A stretch of DNA of 64,000 bases, taken from assembly GCA_951406725.2 (NCBI GenBank), contig OX597837.1, forward strand, positions 8,308,001-8,372,000, read 5' to 3'. This DNA is from Octopus vulgaris. Lineage: Eukaryota. The notes under the pieces were generated by a model that was given only the letters and a program-made list of their open reading frames with translations, did no database searches and was not told the origin of the DNA. Positions 44,981 through 59,939 of the stretch are shown here, piece by piece. The position numbers and the translations under genes were made by a program. How positions within the stretch are numbered: the first letter of the stretch is position 1; every line of letters begins with the position of its first letter.

Positions 44981-45494
44981 CAGTACGACATAAACTACAA
45001 TGAAAATAAGTTTACACATGAATAAGTTTGAATTATTTAAGCAAAATACTCGTTGATAAATAAACAGTGATTTTATTGCTGTTATATGTTTTCGGAAAGA
45101 AAACTTTTAGATAACATGTACGTCATCGGATTTGTGCTTTGAGTTGTGTTAGAAGAATAGCGTGATAGTTGACGTAAGAACGCCATAGTTGAAGGTAGAG
45201 GTGTGTTTGCGAAATGCGGAGGAAGAATGAGAATGGAATTTGGATTTACAGATTGATAGTTGTGCTATTAAGATAACCAAATTTTAATATTATTGTGTGT
45301 TTAGGGAAATTGGTTTCGAATTAAGAGTAATTATGTTGCTACGTTAACGGTTAATTTTATATATTTATTTATATATGTTAATTTCTGAAAGTACGAGATT
45401 ATTGGAGATTAAATATTTTTGTAATGGCGTACTGTGTTGTAAAGAAGTTGATTAGAGATCAGTGTATGTGTACTTAACGTGTAAAGTGAATTTA

Positions 45495-45532
<38 letters not shown>

Positions 45533-45602
45533 AATAATAATAATAATAATAGTAATAATAACAATAATAATAATAATAATAATGATAATAATAATAATAA
45601 TA

Positions 45603-45756
45603 AAGAAAATTGCACTACTGGGTACTGCACACATCCTACGCACAACACTTTCCATACAATAACCATAAGAGCATCACAACAAATCACAGCACATACCTAA
45701 GGCACACTGAGCTGCGCTCGGTAGTGAAGTGAAAGCACGCTATAAAAATAAAACTA

Positions 45757-45760
<4 letters not shown>
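45603..45760 (+). mobile_element. R4/Dong-like LINE 3' end in (TAA)n, copy 1
   Basis: KIALLGTAHILRTTLSIQ* (QK..LLGTA.ILR terminus) plus ~100-nt 3'UTR; (TAA)n on both sides. Confidence 0.75.
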
Positions 45761-45827
<67 letters not shown>

Positions 45828-45835
45828 TAATAATA

Positions 45836-46028
45836 ACAAAAACACCAGGACTTACAAACACATATAACACACAGAAAATTGCACTACTGGGCACTGCACA
45901 CATCCTACGCAAAACACTTTCAATACAGTAACCATAAGAGCATCACAATAAATCACAGCACATACCCAGGGCACACAGAGCTGCGCTCGGTAGTGAAGTG
46001 AAAGCACGATATATAAAAAAACACTGAA
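45836..46028 (+). mobile_element. R4/Dong-like LINE 3' end in (TAA)n, copy 2
   Basis: TPGLTNTYNTQKIALLGTAHILRKTLSIQ*; same UTR, different 5' truncation point. Confidence 0.75.
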
Positions 46029-46036
46029 TAATAATG

Positions 46037-46067
<31 letters not shown>

Positions 46068-46081
46068 TAATAATTATAGTG

Positions 46082-46450
46082 GTTTCAAATTTCGCCACAA
46101 GGGCAGCAATTTTGCAGGGAGATGAGTTGATTATATCGACCCCAGTGTACAACTGGTACTTATTTTATCGACCCCGAAAGGATGAAAGGTTAAGTCGACC
46201 TCGGTGGAATTTGAACTCAGAATGTAGCGACCGGCGAAATACCTATTTCTTTACTGCCCACGAGGGGATACACACAGAGAGGACATACAATGACCCAAGT
46301 GCGTAAGGGATTAAGTCGATTATATCGACCCAAGTGCGTAACTGGTACTTAATTTATCGACCCCGAAAGGATAAAAGGCAAAGTCGACCTCGGTGGTATT
46401 TGAACTCAGAACGTAGCGAAAGACGAAATACCGCTACGCATTTCGCCCGG
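46082..46450 (-). mobile_element. SINE family B dimer
   Basis: Two cgaccccgaaaggat.aaagg..aagtcgacctcggtgg units. Confidence 0.82.
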
Positions 46451-46534
46451 TATTAGTTTATTTACCTCCCTGTAACTAAACAATTCGACAAAAGAATTCT
46501 ACAGCATTAGTACTAAGATTTAAAATAGTATTAC

Positions 46535-46845
<311 letters not shown>

Positions 46846-47659
46846 GATATCTTACTGTTAGCTTTGTTTCATTTTGAAAAATAAAAAAATTAACATTTTG
46901 TGGTTTGTTACTGTTTATACTGTGAATTACATATATATGTGGGGTCACCAAAGTCTTTTAAGTGCTTTGGACCTCTATGAATCTTAATACAGCAATGCAA
47001 CGTGTATGATATGTTTATTGTTGTTGTCTGTGCTAAATAAACGAAATTTTGAAATTTAAATGAGAAAATTATAATAATTGTATTGTATTTTAATAATTAC
47101 ATCGCAAAACTTTTCGACATATGTCTGTCTAGCCAGCCATTTCAGATACTTCAAGAAAACACTTGCATTTATGTGAACTTTTACCGTTCTTGGGAAATGA
47201 CAATGCGACAACGCTATAGAAGTTTGACACACAGACCATTAATAGCAACACATCATAAATCTGACAGCATTTTCCAATGGAAAAATATGACAATAGCATA
47301 CTAATTATGATCATAGCAATGCCAAATGAATATAATGTTGTGCAGAAGCAAGTTGAAAAGCTATTGAATTACACTGGCCCAGCAGATGAATTAAAATGTT
47401 AATAATAATAATAATAACAACAACAGCAAAAATACAACAATAGTAATAATGCTGACAACAACAACATTAATAAAATGGTAAAGATATGAATCTATTATCA
47501 CAAGTGTAAGCGGCACAACTTGAGTGATACATAATGATGTCTGTAAAGATGATTACATGTTATCAATAAATTTCAGATATTGTATTTGAAGCCGAAGGTG
47601 TGTGGATGAGACTGTTGCCGAATTTCCTCACGACTGGTGGCGTTTGGAAGCTGCGTGAC

Positions 47660-47815
47660 AATATATAACGTCTGAACCACTCCTATACATGTGTGTGGAT
47701 CATACACTCCTCTCCATACACTTTTTGCAACCTTGCGTCGGCCTCTATGCAGGTATCGCCATGACAACTCTCTTTGTCATGGTCAATGCAACGATCACAC
47801 GCTACACACCTTCCT
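47660..47815 (-). pseudogene. Mariner transposase N-terminal HTH remnant
   Basis: GDTCIEADARLQKVYGEECMIHTHV*EWFRRY resembles L...YG...MS...V.EWF.RF. Confidence 0.6.
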
Positions 47816-47998
47816 TCCAAGCACTGCTGTAAACAGCGGAAGTGATCTAGAATGTTAAAACTTAGTGCGCATGCACAGCATAGTTGAAGTTCAGTCTTTT
47901 CCTATCGACTTTACTCTGCATGCTTCAGCTTCGTTACTATGTCAACAGTCCGGATACTTATTGATAAGACCTCGTATAATAGTTAAATTCTCAGTATA

Positions 47999-48160
47999 GG
48001 CGCAGGAGTGGCTGTGTGGTAAGTAGCTTGCTAACCAACCACATAGTTCCGGGTTCAGTCACACTGCGTGGCATCTTGGGTAGAAGTCTTCTGCTATAGC
48101 CCCGGGCCGACCAATGCCTTGTGAGTGGATTTGGTAGACGGAAACTGAAAGAAGCCTGTC

Positions 48161-48204
<44 letters not shown>

Positions 48205-48425
48205 GTATGTGTGTGTATGTGTTTGTGGGTCTGTGTTTGTCCCCCTAGCATTGCTTGACAACCGATGCTGGTGTGTTTACGTCCCCGTCACTTAGCGGTT
48301 CAGCAAAAGAGACCGATAGAATAAGTACTGGGCTTACAAAGAATAAGTCCCGGGGTCGATTTGGTCGACTAAAGGCATAGCCGCAGTCAAATGACTGAAA
48401 CAAGTAAAAGAGTAAAGAGTAAAGA
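47999..48425 (+). mobile_element. tRNA-derived SINE family A, full length, with internal (TA)n/(TG)n
   Basis: A box tggctgtgtggtaag, B box gggttcagtc, CORE-like ggcatcttggg, tail gtcaaatgactgaaacaagtaaaagagtaaagag. Confidence 0.9.
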
Positions 48426-49097
48426 GAGAGAGTATATATATTTTGTATAGTTGAGAGGAAAAATACCAGAGATGATGGCCACGGATGGAACCTCTTTGAT
48501 CTAAAGATTAAGCAACCATAACAACAACATTGGAAACAATAACTCGAAGAGTATAATCGATGCAACTAGTGTGAACTGGTTGACAGATAAGTTTAAAGTG
48601 CAAGAGAGTTACATGTACGTATATTGTGTATATCTACGTATGAGTATATGTGTATGTGTATGTATGAGTGCGTATGTATTATAGTGTGTGTGTGTGAGCA
48701 TATAGAACTATGTGTGAGTGTGTGTGTGCATATATAGAAATATGTGTGTGTAAGTTTGTGTGTTTGTGTGTGTGTACACACAAATATCGATGATTGTCAG
48801 ATACGGGTATGTGCGTATGTGTGTGCATGTGTGTGTATATGTGTGTTTGAGTCCGTGTGTTTGTGTGTGTGTACACACAGAATTATTGATGATTGTCAAA
48901 TATTCCAGTCACTATCTCCTGGGGTTGTAATTTCTATTTCTATGTTTAAGCACGAATGGTGTTCCATAAATTGGCTAAATATTAATAATCATAAACACTC
49001 ATACACACGCATATGCACACACACACACACACACAGACACAAACATATACACAGACACAAACACACACACATACACACACAGATATATATATGAAAA

Positions 49098-49159
<62 letters not shown>

Positions 49160-49210
49160 ACAACCAAATCTACTCAATTCCGCAGCAGCAGAGTGCGTAT
49201 ACCGTGAGGA

Positions 49211-49252
<42 letters not shown>

Positions 49253-49369
49253 AACTACAACAACAACAACTACTACTACTACTACTACTACTACCACTAC
49301 AACAACAACAACAACTACTACTACTACTACTACCACTACAATAACAACAACAACTACTACTACTACTAT

Positions 49370-49405
<36 letters not shown>

Positions 49406-49415
49406 CACCACCACC

Positions 49416-49464
<49 letters not shown>

Positions 49465-49535
49465 ATAATAATAATAATACTTTCTACGATAGGCAAAAGG
49501 CCTGAAATTTGGGGGAGAGGTATAGTTGATAACAC
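49211..49535 (-). repeat. Compound (CTA/CAA/CCA/TAA)n array attached to a SINE B tail
   Basis: Triplet array runs into ctttctacgataggcaaaaggcctgaaattt. Confidence 0.75.
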
Positions 49536-49666
49536 AATTTTGGGGATTTTGTAAATAAATATATTTAAACTTGTGATTTCGCCGCTGCCTGCTTATATGT
49601 GTGTGTTTGTTGTGTTTGTGCGTGTGAGTGTGTGTGCGCGCGCGCGTGTGTATGTGTGTGTGTGTG

Positions 49667-49700
<34 letters not shown>

Positions 49701-50858
49701 CAAAATTACTACCAAGCTATTTGTCGGTCCGGGACTATATTCGATGAAACCTATTCAAAGTGTCACGCACTGGGATAGAACTAGAAGACCACGTCGTTGC
49801 TATGCGAATTTCTTCGCTACACTACCATGGCCACACCTCTATGGCCCTTACTTGCGCCGGAACGAGCACACACATATAGACAATGTATATATATATATAT
49901 ATTTAAGAGATGAGGAGATATGTACATTATTTACATTAGTTACATTATTTACATATACCCTCCAGCCTTCATCAATTGCTTGGGGAAAATTTCGAACCAC
50001 TACGCCATGTGCTCGAGGGCAATTATGGAGTGAGTTTAGATTTATAAGGCCTAACATAATAATAATAATAATAATAATAATAGTAATAATAATAATAATA
50101 ATAATAACAACAATAACAACAACAACAACAACAATAATAATAATAAAATCGAAAAATATCTTAGGAATTAGAAAAAACTCTATACGATCTATTTACTCTT
50201 TTGTTTTTCTCTTTCTCTCCCTTCTTATTCTTTTACTCCCTCTTGTTCCACTATTTTATCCTATTACTCTATCATTCTCTCTCTCACTCCTCGTCCCTTG
50301 CTCAAGTGGCTCCCACGTGACCATCGGCCATCTTTCTTTCTTCTCCTAACTTTTACTTCTTTCTTTCTCTCTGTTGTAGCTGGAGCAAGGAAGACGTGTT
50401 CTTGTCTGTCTCCTGTCCAAGCTTGATTTATGTGTTTGCCACCACAACCTCGTTTAGGCTTAGCAGCCATTCCTGCTTTATTTTCACTGTTTTGTCTGTT
50501 ACCAATTTTGACCCTCCGAAAAATCCCAAATTTTATTTAATTTGCTTCACGGGAGCAACTATTTTATCGAAAGCGAATAATGTTGTTCAATGCTCGAAAT
50601 ACGAGACTAGAAAAACAGCCAACAACTGATGAAGGGTCGTTATTCATGTTGTTTGTCTTCTTTTCCATTTGTGTCTTTCGTGGTTCGAAAAAATAGTTCA
50701 TATTCCATGTACTTGTACTTCGTATTTTTTTGTTATACACGTTTCGTGACGTCCTGTGCCCACATATACATATATATATATATACGTATAGATGTATGTA
50801 GATATACGTATGTATAAATGCATGTATATATTATTACATTATAAGTAAATATGAATAA

Positions 50859-50895
<37 letters not shown>

Positions 50896-51398
50896 GATGT
50901 GTGTATGTATGTATATACACACACACGCAGACACATACATGTATGTGATATGTTTGGAATGATATATTCTTTTGTTTGTTAAAAATATCCATGATACTAG
51001 TTTCACGACGTGACTACAGAACACGTACAATAATGCAGTATGTATACATATATATATAATATTTTTTTCTTATATAATTTAGAGTATGCTCTTCTTTTTT
51101 TTGTTGCTTCCTCTGTCAACTACTGCCATATTTCGATATTATAACTTTCTTTTTCGAGAATATCTTTTACCAGTTCTTCTTTATTATTTTTTATTATTTT
51201 TAATTATAATTCCTCAAATGTGATTGTTGTAACGTTACGTTTCATTACTTTTGAACTGCTCACATCTTACTTTGCGCATTCTCGAAGAATTATTGCTGTT
51301 GCTATCAGTTACTGCTTTGGTTGTTGCTGCTGCAGCTGCGTCTCCCACTACTGCAACTGCTACTGCTACTACTACTACAACCACTGCTGCTGCTGCTG

Positions 51399-51467
<69 letters not shown>

Positions 51468-51655
51468 ATACTAGTGATTGAAAATATTATTTATTTACGC
51501 TCATTCACACATATCTACATATATATATATATCTACGTATGTATATATGCACTTGTGTATCTCAGTCTCTATGTATCTATCTATTTTTCTCTCTCTCTCT
51601 ATCTGTTTGTATGTCTGCCTGTGTGTTTGTCTGTCTGTCTGTGTGCTTGGTCTGC

Positions 51656-51715
<60 letters not shown>

Positions 51716-51753
51716 ATATCTATCTATCTATCTATCTATCTATCAATCTATCA

Positions 51754-51789
<36 letters not shown>

Positions 51790-52088
51790 GTCTGTCTGTC
51801 CATCTTTCTACATGTCTTTCTGTCTGTCTGCTTGTCTGTCTGTCCGCCTCTCTCTCTCTCTCTCTGCATCTCTCTCTCTCTCTCTCTCTCTGTCTCAGAA
51901 TATATATATATATATATTTGCATATATATGTATATATATACATACATATATATTATATATATATATATATAATTCTTTTTTCTTTTGTCTATCAACCTTT
52001 GTCTCACACTCTCACGCTATCTGTTTCATACATACACGCATCCATACACCTACCTACACACACATTTACATACATACACACACACACA

Positions 52089-52119
<31 letters not shown>

Positions 52120-52402
52120 ATACACATACATACATACATGTGTACACCTAAACACGTACAACTAAATCATGCGCGTAGGTGTATATATGCATTTATATAT
52201 GAGAAATTTACATACATACCTATGTGTATGTAGTTTTGAGTGTGTGTGTGAGAGTGTGGATGTGTGTGTGTGTGTGTGTGTGTTTGTGTGCGTGCGCGCG
52301 CATATAAGCTGTCTTCTTTGATTTTAGCTGCTTTTATCTTAACAACTCTATGCATGTGAAACATCTGCCTCTTACATTTACCGCACTTACGTCAATTCTT
52401 GA

Positions 52403-52540
<138 letters not shown>

Positions 52541-52608
52541 GCATATATCTATCAGTCTCTCTCTATATATATATCTGTGTATGTAGGTATGAATGTGTGT
52601 ATGGACAA

Positions 52609-52658
<50 letters not shown>

Positions 52659-53084
52659 CGAATGATAAATATGCAGAGGGTGTTTTATGCGCTTTATTTC
52701 GCTGTGAAATAACGTACGTTTTGAAACCTTTGCCGCCATATTTCATCTTTTTGTAGCAAAACACTGAATCTTGCGTTTCTAAGAACAGCCCTTTGCAAGA
52801 AATAAAGACCCAGACGAATACATGTCACTATGGTGTAAGGAAATATACAAGAAAGCATGAAGATAACTGCTTATTCATAGACCGAATAAATACAACAAAA
52901 CTGTCATAAGATATCTGGAAACTAAAATTCAGTTTTGTACACTGCATCCAGTAAAATTGTGCATCTCCCGAAATTGAAACGCAGCTTATGTAATTTGGTG
53001 GAATTAAAATCTTTAAAAATCATGTCATTTTAAAAAATAATATAAATATACTTTGCCAATGTACGTCAGGTGAATCCATATATA

Positions 53085-53488
53085 TACTCTTTTTTTTTTA
53101 CTTGTTTCAGTCATTTGACTGCGGCTATGTTGGAGCACCGCCTTTAGTCGAGCAAATTGACCCCGGGACATATTCTTTGTAAGCCCAGTACTTATTCTAT
53201 CGGTCTCTTTTGCCGAACCGCTAAGTTACGGGGACGTAAACACACCAGCATCGGTTGTCAAGCAATGCTAGGGGGACAAACACAGACACACAAACACACA
53301 CACATACACATATATACATATATATACATATATACGACGGGCTTCTTTCAGTTTCCGTCTACCAAATCCACTCACAAGGCATTGGTCGGCCCGGGGCTAT
53401 AGCAGAAGACACTTACCCAAGATGCCACGCGGTGGGACTGAACCCGGAACCATGTGGCTGGTTAGCAAGCTACTTACCACACAGCCAC
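53085..53488 (-). mobile_element. SINE family A, near full length
   Basis: Reverse complement of 47999-48425 type. Confidence 0.9.
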
Positions 53489-53803
53489 ACACATACACAC
53501 ACAAGCACACTATATAATTTTACTATGTTTTGCTATATAATTTTAGAGCATCATTTGAGGGAGATTTCACTGATATTTCTAGTAGGCCAGGTTTGTTTGC
53601 GTAGACCCCTCGCTTCGATGGTTTCGTACAACCGATGTTTCTTTTTCCTTCGTTGTCGATCTGACACATATTCACAATTCTTGGAAAGCTCCAAGAAGGA
53701 ACGGACAGTCTGTTGATTCCGATTTAATGGTTAATAACCATTTGATAAGTCTAATCAGATTAGGTGGTGAGAGTCAAACAACGCCATCTATATCAATACA
53801 TAC

Positions 53804-53842
<39 letters not shown>

Positions 53843-53987
53843 CACATATATATATATATATATACATATAAATATATATGGATGCGTATGTGTGTGTGTG
53901 TTTATTTATATATATAAGAGTATATACATGAATGTATACTGGTTCATGTGTGTAATTATATATATATACATATATGCTTACATACAT

Positions 53988-54027
<40 letters not shown>

Positions 54028-54604
54028 ATACATAGTTACATACATATAACATTCACGTGAATTAAATGAATATAAATTGGTTGTTTTTTGGTGAATGCCT
54101 TCAATGGGGAAAGTCAATTTATGATGTATTTTTTCTTTTTTCTTTTTTTCCCGGTTTTATTAGTATCTGTGGACTTTATAAAGTGTCCAATTGAGATTTT
54201 AAATGACTATCTACGAGCGTGATTTCTTAGCCGTTACTAAATTGATTTCGGAAAGAAATATTTGGTGGCCATTGACTGATGTTTGAAACAAAGATTGATT
54301 GATAGACTCTTGAATGGTGTCAGCAGTTTCCGTCAGTTATAAAATTCTTTTGCAAGATATGTAACAGATCAACCAGTCAATCAATCAATCAATCAGTAAA
54401 TTAATCAAACAATCAATGAATTCATCGATATTGATATTGAACAATATTAAAAGTTTTATGAAAGTTATGAACTATGTTTTCATTTTATTCTACTTTATTT
54501 TATAAAGCATTTGGTGAACTACAGCCTCGGTATCTTTGATCAACGCCTACCATCAGTCAGATGTGTGGCTTTCTGCTCAGTGCAGAACAAGGAGCTCCGA
54601 TATT

Positions 54605-54637
<33 letters not shown>

Positions 54638-54642
<5 letters not shown>

Positions 54643-54778
54643 GTGTTCCATTCTATTAAGGAGCATAGGCTCGAAACATACAGTACTTTCTCACTTCCCG
54701 AGCGTTAAACTAATACATCTGTTTGCTGTTTGCACACCCGTCTTCGTCTTGTGTTTTTCTTTGGTAAATTCTCATTAT
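54638..54778 (+). mobile_element. Family H1 element, degenerate
   Basis: gagcataggctcgaaac..cccgagcgttaaactaatacatctgtttg; between (TA)n tracts; ribozyme core decayed. Confidence 0.65.
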
Positions 54779-54834
54779 ATATATATATATATATATCTGT
54801 AAATGTATTATATGACTGTTATTCGGTAGCCATG

Positions 54835-54893
54835 ATAAAACTCCGAGTTTCGGATGCCGAGGTGGAAATCCACGCCGCCATCTCTTTAGTTAT
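54835..54893 (-). ncRNA. Degenerate type-I hammerhead motif
   Basis: ATAA-CTAAAGA(G5 mutated)-GATG..GTGG-ATTT-CCAC..CATCC-GAAAC-TCGGA-GTT-TTAT; helix III ACTC-G-GAGT. Confidence 0.45.
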
Positions 54894-55282
54894 TCGGCCA
54901 TCGGAAAAACGCTATGAAAAATGACCGTTATACAAAGGGAAATTACTGTGTGATTGACCCTTATTAAGACAAAAGAACTATTCGGATGACCGCTAGGTAA
55001 GAGGGTGGAGTAAAGTAAGGGGGTAAAATGGTCATTGTATTCGCGTAAACAAGCCTGTTCATACCTACACATGTGCGTCCGGCACCCACGTACATGCGCC
55101 TAAAAGTATACATTCATCCATACTCTCTTGAAAAACGTACACATCCTCACACTCATCCTTCGCCAAATGCATATGTATATACATACAAACCCACACAAAC
55201 GCACGCGCACCATAAAGGTCCATACACACGTCTAGATACGTACAAGCACAAGGGAAAACAGGGTTAAGGGAAACAATACAGA

Positions 55283-55404
55283 AAAAAAGACACAAGGGAG
55301 TATACAAAGAGTAAACCACGTCTGTATTCGCACATACACTTATGCGCGCATATGTGCGTATATAGACGTGGTTTACTCTTTGTATACTCCCTTGTGCCTT
55401 TTTT
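55283..55404. repeat. 54-bp inverted repeat with 14-nt loop
   Basis: 55283-55336 vs 55351-55404, three mismatches. Confidence 0.92.
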
Positions 55405-56339
55405 CCGAAGTTTCTAGAAATTTTGCCTGCTATTATAAAAAGCTGGATTATTGAGCATTCGCGCAGAGTCGCCTAAGATTTTACCTGAAATTTTGTCATT
55501 TTGTTCCACTAAATGTGCTCTCACTTGCGTCTGGATGTTTTTGAATTATAGACGTTGTATAGAATGCTCGACAAATGTAATACAAATCATTCTGTGATGC
55601 CGACAGATATACAAATATCTTCTGTCTGTCTGTCGGTCTCTCTATCTATTTAACACTCATTTCTGTACCTGATAATTTATATCAGTAAATCAAGTTCTTT
55701 ATGTTTATTGAAATTACATAGTATATATACACACATAATAAACATGAGTGTACACGGAGGTTATGTACGCGTCGGCGTATGTCCTATATGGTTTAATATA
55801 CACGCTTACACACAACCACACTTCCCCTAATATGTATATGAGTTTCATAAATATATATGTATAAATGTATATACACACATATAGACACACATGCACACAT
55901 ATATAACACACACCCACACATATTACACACATACACAGAGACATATATATATATGCTCACAAATCTATATTTATGCTAAACAAAAATCGCTCACCTATGC
56001 GTCTAAATAGAGAGGAAGGATTCCATTTGACGCCGCGAATCTTCTCAAAGATAAAAGTAACAGATTGGAACTATTTAGCATACTCAACAAAGTATCATCC
56101 GATTCTTCAATTCCACAAATCTCCAAATTGAAGCATTGCCATTAAATTTTTATTTTCATTTTAAAAGCTATTTTGAAAGTTGTTTAATTCAGACTTTACA
56201 TAGGAACATGGATAAATTGTGAAAGACGAATAAAAATATATAAAAAAAACAAAAACATGTATATCTGTAATTAATAATAGGTAAACTTTCTGAAGCAATA
56301 TATATAAGTGCTAATTTAGGTATGAATGGAAGATTGTGT

Positions 56340-56422
<83 letters not shown>

Positions 56423-56480
56423 TGTATGTATGTATGTATGTATGTATATATTTCAATATATCTATATATCTATATATTTC

Positions 56481-56539
<59 letters not shown>

Positions 56540-57169
56540 ATGTATGTATGTGTGCGTGTGTATGCATATGTATATATACACATACAGAGAGAGAGAGAGC
56601 GAGAGCGAGAGATAAATGAATTGATAGATAGATATAGATACATACGCACGCACACAAACATACACACACACAAATACAAACACACACACAAAGAAGTACA
56701 CACACTAACAAACACACGCACACAAACACACACACAGATACAAACACACACATAAATACACACATACAAAAACACACACCCAAACACGCACGCACATAAA
56801 TACACTACACACACAAACATACACACAGACATACACACATATATGTCTCTGTGTTTGTAACCATTTATGTCTTTCGGAATACAAATGCTTAGTTATGTAT
56901 AAATATATAAGTGTATTGTATATTTGCTTCTATGAATGCATGCTCCAATGTATGGTTGGTGCGTTGGCTGGCTGGCTGGCTGGCTAGCTGGCTGGATGTG
57001 AATGTTTGTAATTATATAGAGATTCGTCTTTGTATCGATATGAATACGTCTGCACGTACATGTGTTTATAACTAACTATAGTTACGTATGTGTTTATATG
57101 CCTGTATATACAAATATAATGCTTCTATGTATAGATGAACACACATGTTCACATGCACACATGCAAGCG

Positions 57170-57203
<34 letters not shown>

Positions 57204-57382
57204 CACGCGGATATATTCTTACGCATATGTATATGATATGAATACATATCCAAATGCACATATTCCTTCGCTGTTTATCAAAAGTTTCTTTTATATAGAT
57301 ATGAATATTCCAAATTCATAACGTCGACTAATACTGTATTTGTGCATTCTGAATGGTGCGGTAGATCTGTATATATAATGCG

Positions 57383-57473
<91 letters not shown>

Positions 57474-57477
57474 ATAT

Positions 57478-58395
57478 CTTTCGGGCCAGGGACCATGGAC
57501 AACTTCCAGAGATCCCTGGCCTGGCAGTGCTACCGAGAAGCGCTACCCGTTCGGGATAAGCTCTACAGACACGGCTCGAGAAACACGGGGCCGACCTGCC
57601 CGAGATGCGGTCAGAGCGACGAAACCGTTCTGCACGCACTCGTTCAGTGTCCAACAATTTCCGACCTGTGGGCTTATGTCGAACAACTGCTGTCACGTGT
57701 GGGACGAGTCGGTTTATCAGCTGAGTCTATCGTCAATATTGTCACGCCTCCTTCCTTCAAACGGGAAGGAAGAGCTATTTTCATCATCCTTGTGGCTATG
57801 GCGAAAGAATGTATCTGGTGGACGCGTCTGAAAGGATTGGAGACAAACACTTTCCTCTCTGGTCAATCTCTCATCAACTTCTTCAAGTACCACTTGAAAA
57901 GGAAAGTGAGAGTAGAGAGGCAAGTTTTGTCTAGCGAATGTTTTAAAAAAAGATGGGTGAATGTAGCAAGAATGGCACGTATGAATGACGAAGCCACCTT
58001 GAGCATAGTCCTATGAACCCAGAAATCGAAAACAGAGAGTTGCTTATTTGCAAAAAAAAAAAAAAGAAATATAAAATGTGACATCATTGACCGAGGTTAC
58101 CGTGGTCTTTTCCGTAGGCTTTTCTTTGCACGGGTAAACCTCACCTGTCCTCCCCTTTACACTTCATATTGACATTTCTGTGATAACGATCCCTATTGAT
58201 CAATTTTTTTTCCTCCCCCCTTTTTTTTAAACCCCCTTTTTTTTGTCCTCTTTCTCTCCTTTTATGATCCCTTTTGATCGAAACTCCCCCTTCCTTTTTT
58301 TTTTTTTTTTTTTTTTCTTAAACCTTCAAAAGAAAAGCTCTACCTTGTAATTTGTTCTATCTGTGTGCAGCCCTGTGTGGCTAATAAAGAAACAT
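57478..58395 (+). mobile_element. Tx1/L1-clade LINE 3' fragment (zf-RVT CCHC region plus 3'UTR) embedded in (CTAT)n
   Basis: Open frame to 58016: LAWQCYREALPVRDKL..CPRCGQSDETVLHALVQC..LW..AKECIWWTR..RW; AATAAA at 58383-58388; (CTAT)n at 57385-57477 and 58396-58570. Confidence 0.88.
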
Positions 58396-58475
58396 ATCTA
58401 TCTATCTATCTATCTATCTATCTACTTATCTATCAATCTATCTATCTATCTTTCTATCTATTTATCTATCCATCC

Positions 58476-58539
<64 letters not shown>

Positions 58540-58629
58540 GTCTATCTATCTATCGATCGATCTATCTACTAGGTTGAGGAAAAAGTCATGCGTCGTGTTT
58601 TTATGCAAGAATTTATTCAAAATGCAACA

Positions 58630-58812
58630 ACTGTCAGTTTCGCGAGACCATGGACCTGCGCCCGGAGAATCTGTGCCAGCTGCTAATAGTGGCACAGTGT
58701 CTACTGCGGCTGCGCAGACTCACACGGGATTCCCAATCTCGCATGCATCGACTGCATTTGAAGAAGCTCTTCACCGGTGCTACTGACATTTCCATTCTTT
58801 CTCGAAACTTCC
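58630..58812 (-). pseudogene. RTE-clade LINE 3' end
   Basis: FFKCSRCMRDWESRVSLRSRSRHC resembles terminal C..C.RDC.SR.GL.SH.R.C; UTR ccatggtctcgcgaaactgac. Confidence 0.55.
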
Positions 58813-59005
58813 ATATACATACATACTCATGCACACACATATATTTAAGCATATATATATATGGTATATATATATATATATATAATACCATTATTAATAA
58901 TATAATATATTAATGATATAATCAATAATTTTAAAATCAACAATTATTTCCGGGTAGATTTTGGTATGGAAATATAACCATTATCGGTAGGAACTTTTAA
59001 AAAAA

Positions 59006-59060
<55 letters not shown>

Positions 59061-59112
59061 AAAAAGGGCAAATAACAGGTTGCTTAGCCTCATACCGAAT
59101 GCTTGCCCTTTT

Positions 59113-59254
<142 letters not shown>

Positions 59255-59259
59255 ATATG

Positions 59260-59339
<80 letters not shown>

Positions 59340-59837
59340 TATATTTATATATATATATATATATATATATTTATGCATGTATGTATGTATGTATATACAC
59401 ATGCGATATACATACATTTATATACAGCTATATACACAGAAACACCTCATCTCAAATGCACTTGCAACATCAAATCTCTCCTACCTGACAGCGAAAGCGA
59501 GACCATTCATTCACACGCCGGCATTTCCTTTTGGCACCAACGCAAGAATTCTGAGAATGGTTCTATCTATATTTAATGAGTTCTAGCTTAATGCTTTACA
59601 TCATATTGCTTTATCGATTCAATATTCTCTCAATATCTTGACACTAATACAATATAATGAGGCGTTGATTGGATTATTAAACTCCCTTGGTATTGATCGT
59701 AGGAAAAATCCCTTTTTAACACCTTCAACTCCAATCGTTGCTTAATACTGACAGAATAATTATTATACTGTTCTCTTGATATCTGAAAGCTTGGGGTAAA
59801 CATTTAAATGGATTCCATGATATTATTATTATTACTA

Positions 59838-59937
<100 letters not shown>

Positions 59938-59939
59938 TT

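Noticed and set aside
57342-58016. 224-aa ORF as a host gene
   Set aside because: N-terminus is (CTAT)n read-through; remainder is Tx1 ORF2 end
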